Shown here: one piece after another, positions 55,682 through 64,000 of the stretch
How positions within the stretch are numbered: position 1 is the first letter of the stretch
How the letters are laid out: each line of letters starts with the position of its first letter
DNA from: Cenococcum geophilum
Taxonomy: Eukaryota
NCBI GenBank assembly: GCA_050273025.1
Contig: CP158635.1
Span: 10,044,001-10,108,000, forward strand
DNA length: 64,000 nt
Reading direction: 5' to 3'
Made by a program: the position numbers and the translations under genes
Notes under the pieces: generated by a model
Told to the model about the DNA's origin: nothing
Databases searched by the model: none
Seen by the model: only the letters and a program-made list of their open reading frames with translations

Positions 55682-56281
55682 ATGCTCGCCAGATTCTTCG
55701 CCCCCGCCCACATCGGGCGGGTTGCGGGTGCGCGAGCTTTTCACACCGCGACCGCCGACTTCATCAATTATGGTCCAGACGGAGCACTCGTCACCAGTAA
55801 AGTGTCTATCAGAATCGGCGACCCCGGGGAAGCGTATGTGATGATTCCACCTAAAGTTGGCCGTGCTCTCCAGGCTGGCAGCTTGCTCACCAATGGCTCG
55901 GCTCTCACCAACGGATCAGCAAAGTCTGCGCTGAGCTACTTCCACGACACCCAACACTTTACCCATGGTAAGTTGGTCATCGCCCGCCTGCTCTCCGGCT
56001 GTTGCTAATCTCTCAACTTAAGAATCATCGCCCGGCTACCCTCGCCTAGTAATCCCTCAACAGCTCCCCCACCAATCCGCTGCAAACATGAGTCCAGCGA
56101 CGCTATTTCTCTATGGCAAACTATATACAATCGCTTTAAATGGAACTCTAGATGGTACCTCGCCCTACCCTTACCGTAGTCACTTAGCAGCTCCTAACAT
56201 AAACCAGCGGAATTTGCGAAACTTGCGAGCACTGTAGGGCCAGACCTCGGACCCGCGCTAGAAAAGTTGAAGGACATGTAA
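55682..56281 (+). CDS. Hypothetical 163-aa protein, 3 exons, possible mitochondrial presequence
   Basis: Exons 55682-55967, 56023-56154 and 56208-56281 join in frame. Introns GTAAGT..GCTAAT..AAG and GTACCT..CCTAAC..CAG. N-terminus MLARFFAPAHIGRVAGARAFHTA. Confidence 0.75.
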
Positions 56282-56558
56282 TTATTGAGGGGCGACCGGA
56301 GGATTTTTCAGAGAGCTGGGTATAGATAATGGATTATGCAGTCGCTTTTATTATGTTTCATCCTCGCTAAAGCAAACAAAAGAGCGTCCTACTCTGAGGG
56401 AGTCCTGCTTTATGGAAGCCCCTCCGCACACCAAAGAGTCCTGGCCCTGACTCCTAAAGCTATCCAGAGAGTATCCTGATCAACCAAAAAGAAAAACCAG
56501 GCACAGCACAGCGCTAATACTCAGTGGCCGCATTTCTATACTCCATAATGTCAGCGCT

Positions 56559-56996
56559 CTACTCTTCAATCTCGCTAGCCACTGACTGATAGAACTGCCC
56601 CAATTGCTCGGCTGTCCATGCACTAGTACACACCGCAACATGGGCGTCTGCTATGCTTTGGTTGACACGATCATTGGTATCATTCGCCTGAAGCGGTACT
56701 TTTTGGAGCTTGTACCCGTTAATTTTCAGGAACATATCTGCCGCCACAAGCGCTGTGCGTTTATTTCCATCCTGGTAAGCGTGGTTCTTCATAATCTTTT
56801 CGGAGAGGTTTGCGGCAAGCTGGAACACGTTTTGTTGGTTGGTGTAATATTCGATGTTCATAGGCGACTGTACTGCTGAATCCAACATGATCGGCTGAGT
56901 GGGCTGGGCATTCGGGTTGACCCAGGCGGCGTGGAGGCGCTGGATTTGAGCAACTGTCAGGAAGCGCAACGTCTTCGTCGCCGCGGCGGAGGCCAT
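56559..56996 (-). CDS. Fic/Doc (death-on-curing) family protein, 145 aa, intronless
   Basis: Doc-type motif KNHAYQDGNKRTALVAADMFLKING; N-terminal RFLTVAQIQRLH and LDSAVQSP helices typical of Doc. Confidence 0.9.
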   Translation of the reverse strand: MASAAATKTLRFLTVAQIQRLHAAWVNPNAQPTQPIMLDSAVQSPMNIEYYTNQQNVFQLAANLSEKIMKNHAYQDGNKRTALVAADMFLKINGYKLQKVPLQANDTNDRVNQSIADAHVAVCTSAWTAEQLGQFYQSVASEIEE

Positions 56997-57539
56997 TACC
57001 GGCTGAATTATTATTACTAAATACGTCGTTGACTCAGGTACCCGTGCTGTCGACTGAGGGCTGTAGGACCAAAAGCAAAGTTGACAGGCGCGGTGTCGGT
57101 CTAGACCTTAATAGCTGCACATGAAGTGCTAGGTATTTCGGAAATAAGGTGCAATCTGCACGATTATTAGTCTACTGGCACTAAATAACTTAGATCTTCG
57201 AGTACTTACTGTAGACCATGCAGTGACCCCAGCACATGTTGTATAAGAATATCGAGGCATGTCCGCAGCCAAAATACCACACGCTACCGTGGACTGCTCT
57301 GACGAATAAACTACATAACTAATCCTAGGCCCTTTCCAATAAAAAGGCATTGCTAGTTGATGCCTAGAGGTATCCTTCCATCTTCGTCTAGAGAATCTGC
57401 TAAGACTTCTTGGCACCATGTAATAGCAAGGATGGCTCTAGGCATCAATCAAAAAGAGTGCGCTTGCCTTTAACCATGGAGAGTAAAAATTAGTATGGCG
57501 CGGACGATTTAGTTAGTTTACCATACAAATGGGAGCGCT

Positions 57540-58030
57540 AACAAAAATCCGAACCGCGGCCCAGACTCATCTCGGTTCCAGACAACCCCGGTCGCTTGAT
57601 ACAACGCTTACTACTTTTGATCAATTTCACGTAGGGCTTCGAGAAGGGCTCGGTTATTGCAGCAGAGCTTGTAGCCGATGAACCTCCAGGTGTTAAACCT
57701 GGAGTAGGAGATACGCTATCGGAAACTGTGCCGACCAATTTGCCTCCAGTAACCCGCGCGTTAGGACGCTCCTCGTATACCGCGTTCTTTAAGTAACATG
57801 GTCCTCTCTGCGCCCAACCCATAACACGAGGATGCGTCCAGCGGTAACGGAGCAAAGCTCAAGGCATTCGTCCATTGTGTCGGTTCATTGAAGGAAAATG
57901 TCCCCGCCATAGTGATCTGCCCAGGTTCGACCAAAAATATATCGCCGTTTGTAGTCGTATACGTCTCAGCAAGCGCATGCCGGATGATCACGTAAACGGA
58001 AAGAATGATCAAGGGCCTCACTCTCTACTA
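57540..58030 (-). pseudogene. Frameshifted secreted PAN/apple-like domain gene relic
   Basis: Signal-like LIILSVYVIIRHALAE. Pieces MDECLELCSVTAG and VMGWAQRGPCYLKNAV lie in different frames, followed by a Ser/Thr-rich tail. Confidence 0.35.
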
Positions 58031-58985
58031 TGAAATGGAAATGATATAAGGCCGAAACAAAACAGATATTAGTTTAGGCAGTGGACATAACTAGCCGGTA
58101 AGAAAAGACAAGGCAAGACTAGTGTAGAGAGCGCGTCGAGTCATGACGAATCGGTGTTGTGGGGGGTTGCAGGATTTGAGGATTTAGAAATAGGAGAAAA
58201 GGAAGGTGTCAGTGGAAATGAAATGATAGAGGAACCCGCTATTTAGCGCGAGGCGCACATTCAAGCTTTTCTGAATAACGCCATCACATAGTGAATAAGG
58301 AACTCTCTCTCGCGGTGTAACAGTAATTGGAAGGCGGAAAAGGGTGATTGCGAAGAAGTTAACGTTGCGGACACGGTTGGCGATACTCCCAGGCAAAGAA
58401 GAAGTGTATATAGGTCATAAATAAGTGGTTGCACAACTTCGGAGAATACTGAAGTCATCGTGATGCACGTTACGAGTCGGGGCCGTGAAAACGGGAGAGA
58501 TACCTTGGCAGATTTGAGGCCTCGACAACTCCCATTTCAAAAAACTCAGGGCAGTTATCTCATAATTCTCTACATCGCCTCTTTGCGTCTCGGTGTAAGA
58601 TCCTATTAATCCTAGAGATCCAACGGCATAAGTTCATACCTTTCTGAGTGTTAAGCACGACCATTCAACATATTTCTAACTATCTTAGGTATAATTCTAT
58701 ATAGAAAGGGTATAAATCCACAATCACTCAAAGTGATTCGCCGCCACGCATGCCATCTAGTATGTGCCTAAAGTCATACAAGGTACGATTCAGGCAAGCT
58801 TGAACTCCGCGGGTTTAAATATCTTAACACCGTCTCTATCTCCACGGAGAGCCAACAGAAAATCAAACGGCCTGCAGCATACTTTTATCTGATGGGGATT
58901 CTCATCAGACTTGTCGCTTCACATACTTCACCGAACCGATTACCTTCGAGTTCGCCATATTTTCATCAACCCAAAACCAGCAACT

Positions 58986-59924
58986 ATGTCTGCCACGTTC
59001 ACCACGCCGAAGAAGCAGCTTACCTGGCTAATTACAGGCTGCTCCTCCGGCTTTGGCCTCTCACTTACTCGCATCGCGCAGGCAGGCGGACATACCGTGG
59101 TCGCGACTTCACGCAACCCTTCACGCACGCCCGAGCTCGTTGCGGAGGTCGAGGGCAAGGGGGGGAAATGGCTCCAGCTAGACGTGGACAGCCCCAACAG
59201 CGCCCAGGTTATCGAGGACCTTGAGAAGTCAGGCCAGGAGATCGACGTCCTGGTGAACAATGCGGGCTTTTCTATCCACGCCCCCATAGAAACCTTCGCC
59301 GAGGACGAAATCCGCGCTCAAATGGAGTCGATGTACTTCGGCCCTCTGCGTCTGATCCAAGCGGTGCTGCCTCACATGCGCAAGCGGCGATTCGGCGTCA
59401 TCGTGAACATGAGCAGTGGCGCAGCCCTCGAAGCCAGAGATAGCATGGGTGCTTATGCCGGAGCCAAGGCTGGACTCGATGGTACGTGTATCCTCCACCA
59501 CTCATTTGTATGTTAGTTCTAGCTCGAATTCATTCACAAGTCTGACGAAGGCCCTGGCAAAAGAGGTGGCCCCGTTCAACACCCGAGCCCTGACCGTCGT
59601 CTTGGGCACCTTTAACACCAACATGGCAACGCCGCCGTGTTCGGCAGGAATCCCCTCCCGGACGATTACAAGGGATCCGTTTCCGAGCAGATGATCCAGT
59701 TCATTTCCAGCGGCAAGATCGTCCCCAACGGCGACAAGGACAAGGCCATGAAGGCGGTCTACGAGGTCGTGGTGGGCGAGGGTGCCGGAGCCGGATGCGA
59801 AGCCGAGCGATTCCTCCCCCTGGGCACCGACATGACGGTCCGAGTGAAGATGGTGCAGGAATGCCTCGCGCACGGCCTGGAGGTCTTTGTGGACGTCGCC
59901 AACAACGTCAACATCGACAAATGA
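58986..59924 (+). pseudogene. Short-chain dehydrogenase/reductase, apparently disrupted
   Basis: WLITGCSSGFG, DVLVNNAG, YAGAK motifs. The in-frame acceptor reads CAA instead of CAG (~59539), and a 1-nt deletion near 59625 shifts FNTNM away from (G)NAAVFGRNPLPDDY. Confidence 0.75.
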
Positions 59925-60688
59925 TTCAGACTGTCTAGTTATAGTGTTGACATGAACGCTGGCAACCAGAAGAAGAGAACATAGCGAGAAAGTAGTGGGC
60001 ACGGAATGACGCAACTCACCCTAGACCCACCTGGCGAGAAATCGAGTTTTCTAGCCTTGCTGAGCGCATTGAATCTGAATTAAAATATGTCGGTGCGAGG
60101 TTTGGGGAGGCTGTGAAAACGTGTTTTTGACGAGATTGTAAGTATTGTAGCAAGCAGGCATTTACCTTGCGTTACGGTATTTGTACAAAGCCGTAGGATG
60201 AGGCAAAGCGGGGCATCTTTCTGGTTTGACAGTCACAAAATATGGTAAGGCTCTCGGATGGGGATATATTTTTTTCATATATTAGCTTACCTCGGTGCCA
60301 CTCTGGTATAGAACTCTAACTTTGTGTTATTTTACTTGCGCTACCCTCGGAGCTCCGTACGAGTCCGTGACAAGGTTTAACTCCTATTTAGCCACCTCGT
60401 TCCTTACCTGCTTCCTCATGTCACGTCTTGTACGTAGATCATAGTCCTAGCCCGCAAGTAAGGAGTTCTGCGTTCTTACAAACGGACTGCAGCCGGCGCT
60501 GCGCGAACCGAGGATTGAGCCGTTAAAGCCTGCGAGAGAGTAGGTATTGAAGTCTGGAGAATGTCGGGCGGCTAGGGAGGGTAAGGTAGTGTTAAGGGTT
60601 TGGTTGGAGGGGACTACATACATGAACTTCTCTATAGGTCGCAACCTATTCCCGCAACATATCTCTGTTCATCATGACTCCTCAGAAA

Positions 60689-62008
60689 CTATCCCCTATC
60701 TTCAATCCTCAATTTTGGCTCGTTCCCATGACCTTCAACCACGGGCGGACACCTCATCAGAACATCCGGCACCTCAAACTTAAGCTCAAACCTCTTCCCA
60801 CACCACTCCACCTCCACCTTCGCCTTGAGCCTGTACGCGAGCGTAATCGCGAAACTCTGAAAACTCGGCGTCGCATACCCGGGGATCCGCCCAGTGAACG
60901 ATGCCTCAACACCATCCCCAGAACCCCCGCCCTTTCCCTCTGCAAAAGATACATTTTGGTGTTCCGGCATCGCATTCAGTACCACGCTCCGCTCACTAAT
61001 CTCCATTTCCTGCGTGCGATACCCCGACCGCCTCGGTTCGGCAGTATGATACTCACTCGGCTCACCACGCGAAGTATTCTGAGCAGCCCAGTCCCGCGGC
61101 GCGCGAAACAGCGCGAAATCCAGCAACTCCAGCTTCTTCACACGGAACGCGACCGGCGGCAGCACGCTCACGTTCGCCGAGCGCTCCATGATCCTGACCA
61201 CGCCGCGCACGCTGAAGACGTCGCCGCAGGAGACGGCGGCCGGCATGCTGCAGCCGAGCTCGAACGTGACCTTTGGCGTCTCGCTCGAGAACCGGTCGGC
61301 CAGTTTCTGCCGGAAGCCAGGCTGCGCGACGCCGGCGAGCATGCTGCTTGCGAGGTCGAAGGTCTTGGCGCTGCTTCGTGCGGCGGGCGGCGGCATGGCT
61401 TGTGGGATGCGGTCGTTGGGGAGGAAATTCAGGGGCGCTGTGACGGACCATGGGATTGCGTCCGGGTGGCCTGCTGGGGGTTTTATGGTGGCGGTTACGC
61501 CGTAGGTGATGGAGCATTTGTGCAGTGGGACGCCCCCGGGGTCGTGTATGAAGGTGGGTGGTAGGGGGTGCGGGACGGATGTCCATATTTCGTTCCACGG
61601 ATCCTGGTAGCAGGCTGCGCGGTTGAAATTCGTTCGTTCTGGGAATTGGACCTGGAAAGGCCACTGGTATTTCGTGTTGGGTAAGAGCGGATATGGGGAC
61701 GGGAAAAGGTTGAGAGTATGGGTAAAGAGTGGGGCGTGGTCTCTGTAGTGGCGATAGGTAGTTGAGCTCGTCTCGTTATTACCAGCCCCGCTGCTGTGGC
61801 TTTCGCTTCTGCAGATATACGTCTCGCTTTGTCCCCATAAGGTGAGTTCGACGGCGCTTGGTGTCGTGTTGACCGTACTTTCGAAGATTACTCGACCGGA
61901 GATGAGTTGTCCTGGCCTGAATACCGTCCCTGGTTCGTGATCAAGAGCGATACTAGAGGAAGGGACCGGCACTTCCGGCTTAGGATCGGATTTGGAAAAG
62001 AAATGCAT
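60689..62008 (-). CDS. Arrestin-like (Arrestin_N / LDB19-type) protein, 439 aa
   Basis: VFRPGQLISGRVIF, LTLWGQSET, YQWPFQVQFPE, HPLPPTF, SITYGVTATI, PSFQSFAITLAYRLK. Confidence 0.75.
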   Translation of the reverse strand: MHFFSKSDPKPEVPVPSSSIALDHEPGTVFRPGQLISGRVIFESTVNTTPSAVELTLWGQSETYICRSESHSSGAGNNETSSTTYRHYRDHAPLFTHTLNLFPSPYPLLPNTKYQWPFQVQFPERTNFNRAACYQDPWNEIWTSVPHPLPPTFIHDPGGVPLHKCSITYGVTATIKPPAGHPDAIPWSVTAPLNFLPNDRIPQAMPPPAARSSAKTFDLASSMLAGVAQPGFRQKLADRFSSETPKVTFELGCSMPAAVSCGDVFSVRGVVRIMERSANVSVLPPVAFRVKKLELLDFALFRAPRDWAAQNTSRGEPSEYHTAEPRRSGYRTQEMEISERSVVLNAMPEHQNVSFAEGKGGGSGDGVEASFTGRIPGYATPSFQSFAITLAYRLKAKVEVEWCGKRFELKFEVPDVLMRCPPVVEGHGNEPKLRIEDRG

Positions 62009-62252
62009 GTCGAAGATGGAAAGGGTGCTTGGAAGATTTTTGGACGCTGGTAGTCATCTAAGAAATCCGGAGAGGTAAGCATCAGCCCTAAGGCGTGCCC
62101 TTATCTTGGTTACAGCCGCCTTGGTTTCGGTGGGCCGCCTGTGACGTCCGGGGGTGGCGCGAGTGTGGCCGTGATTACTATTTGCAAGGATCCGATACGC
62201 TCGCCACCTAGGTAACCAATCGCTTAACGTCTGTCAGCTAGGGCTGCAGCTA

Positions 62253-62396
62253 CAAGGGCGACCTGAGCGGGCCACTCGCCCTCCCTGCAAGTTCTGGTGG
62301 CATTATAGCCGTACACTTACTATTTCCCCAGGATATTACTATAATGTCATCAAAACTTGCAGGGAGGGCGAGTGGCCCGCTCAGGTTGCCCCCTTG
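62253..62396. mobile_element. MITE, 144 bp, ~55-bp TIRs, TA target duplication (Tc1/mariner-type)
   Basis: TA|CAAGGGCGACCTGAGCGGGCCACTCGCCCTCCCTGCAAGTT ... AACTTGCAGGGAGGGCGAGTGGCCCGCTCAGGTTGCCCCCTTG|TA. Confidence 0.9.
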
Positions 62397-62940
62397 TAGT
62401 AATCCTCAATAGAATAACTTTACCAAAATTAGGTAAATTCCAGCTGCCTTATGATTATTAAACCCATTTCGCTAGTGAGTTTACAATCTAAAATTTCATA
62501 TCTTGGGCTAATAAGAAGAGTTAGCAAAAGAGATTATAGATTGTAGAAGGGAAATATTGTGAAGGGATTTAGAGGGTATATTGTTTGCGTTTCTATATTA
62601 TCTTAGATTCCAAAGAAATAATATCCTACGACAATTCAGATTTCGAGTGATACATGCATATAGAACAATGATATAAAAAGACTTGATAAAAGGGAAATGT
62701 AACTGGGCAAAGGAAAATGGTCATAAAAAGTTAGGAACTGCTGAGATGCAGTGATGATCGCGGACACATATCCTGACCTATCCTCGAACTCAAGCCTAGG
62801 AAAGTGCTGTAGCTCGCGATCAGGCAAATATCAAAACCTCAGGTCCACCGAAGAAACCAGACAAAGCACAATACTCCCGACTAAAGCAAGTGCAGAGGTT
62901 ACTTTTTCACGGGATCCACTCCCCAAATGGTATATGCTCC

Positions 62941-64000
62941 TCAAACCTCGGAACCTGCCAGCGGCGTTGCTGATGATGTATCTTCCACCATGGCAGTTGG
63001 CATTTCCATCGACATTTTTTCGGGGTTCATCATCCTTCGGCTGTATTTGCTCCTAGCTCGTAGCGTCGGCCCCCATTTGAACAGAACCCAGGGGATAGGC
63101 AGCAACGCAATTGAGATAAAGCCGAAGGTGCTCAGAGCCCAAGCGCCGGTCAGGTTAGTGAACACTAGGAATCATATCAGCATTATATCCTAGGCTGGGA
63201 GAAATCGGGATGAGAAAGGGGAAAGGAGGGGGATCTTACTTTGGAGAATCACGAGAGGAAGCACGCCAGCTAATAAGAGACGTATGGTCGCTGCTATAGT
63301 GAGGGCCGAGAGGGTTCCGGCTGGCGGGTACGCATCAAAGAGATACGCGACGAATGATATCTAGTGCCAAAAACATGAAATTAGGACTTTAAAACTTCAA
63401 GAAAACAGCATCTCGGATTGAATAAACTCACAGCCAAAGACAGACTGCCCCACACATAGAGCATCGTACCAAGTACAGGGCTAGGCCAGCGGATGGTTGG
63501 TTTGGCTGTCCAGCCAACCCAGAAGAGGGACGTGGTGATGAAGATACCGCCGAGCATTGCCGGGATAAGGCGATATTCGATAGCTAATGTTGCTCTCCTA
63601 TCCTTGGGAGTTCGGCGGTAAATTACCTGCTCAATGAGTATAGTCGTGATAGCTGCAAGAATCGATCCTACAACGGCAGCAATGAAAGCGAGCCCTGCTT
63701 GCTGGCCAGTGAATCCATAGACTGACTCGAGAACTACTGGAACGGTGATGAACCACTGAAAGACGACAGCGAAATTGAAACCGAGGTAGAGTGTGATGAG
63801 TATTACGACCGGTTCGGTGAGTAGCATGTCAATAGGGTTGAGAACAGTAATCTTGATCATCTGTGCAAGGGTCACTCCACTCTCGGCCGGCGGCTGATTA
63901 GGAGGAGCAAGGCCACGGCGCCTGTTTCTCCGTCTGGGAATTTCTCTTCCGTAAGTCTCAGGTATGCCAACGCCAAACATAAACACGACGAGGGTTATCA
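62941..64000 (-). CDS. MFS transporter (DHA1-like), 3' part; continues beyond the window
   Basis: IPETYG, PIDMLLTEPVVILITLY, EYRLIPAM, SFVAYLFDAYPP..SAL, LLPIPWVLFKWGPTLRARSKY; multiple TM helices; two introns. Confidence 0.92.

Noticed and set aside
45916..56996. Functional link between eEF3 and the nearby Doc gene
   Set aside because: They are over 7 kb apart with unrelated sequence between. Doc targets EF-Tu-type GTPases whereas eEF3 is an ABC ATPase, so proximity is probably coincidental.
60674..61564. 296-aa plus-strand ORF and the many ORFs antisense to ACH1, BMS1 and YEF3
   Set aside because: Shadow frames of GC-rich real genes on the opposite strand.

Overview
Eukaryotic DNA from a filamentous ascomycete (spliceosomal introns, eEF3, Whi5-like gene, RIP signature; probably Pezizomycotina). 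It has two compartments. (1) About 1-25.5 kb is AT-rich, TpA-rich and stop-ridden, as expected after repeat-induced point mutation (RIP). It holds a roughly 15.8 kb block of decayed genes that do not look like transposon genes, a 5'-truncated Ty3/gypsy chromovirus with an intact 3' LTR, and a Helitron (DUF6570-Rep-Pif1) that the LTR element interrupted. (2) About 26.9-64 kb is gene-rich: ACH1, a Whi5-like gene, BMS1, an I9 protease inhibitor, two divergent orphan membrane-protein genes, a mitochondrial alpha-ketoacid dehydrogenase kinase, eEF3, an SDR pseudogene, an arrestin-like gene and an MFS transporter, plus MITEs and a solo LTR. The most striking candidate system is an intronless bacterial-type Doc (Fic-fold, HAYQDGNKR) gene convergent with a small spliced orphan gene that has a mitochondrial-presequence-like N-terminus. 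The pair sits beside TE relics and may be a fungal toxin-antidote module. All calls come from manual reading; no searches were run.
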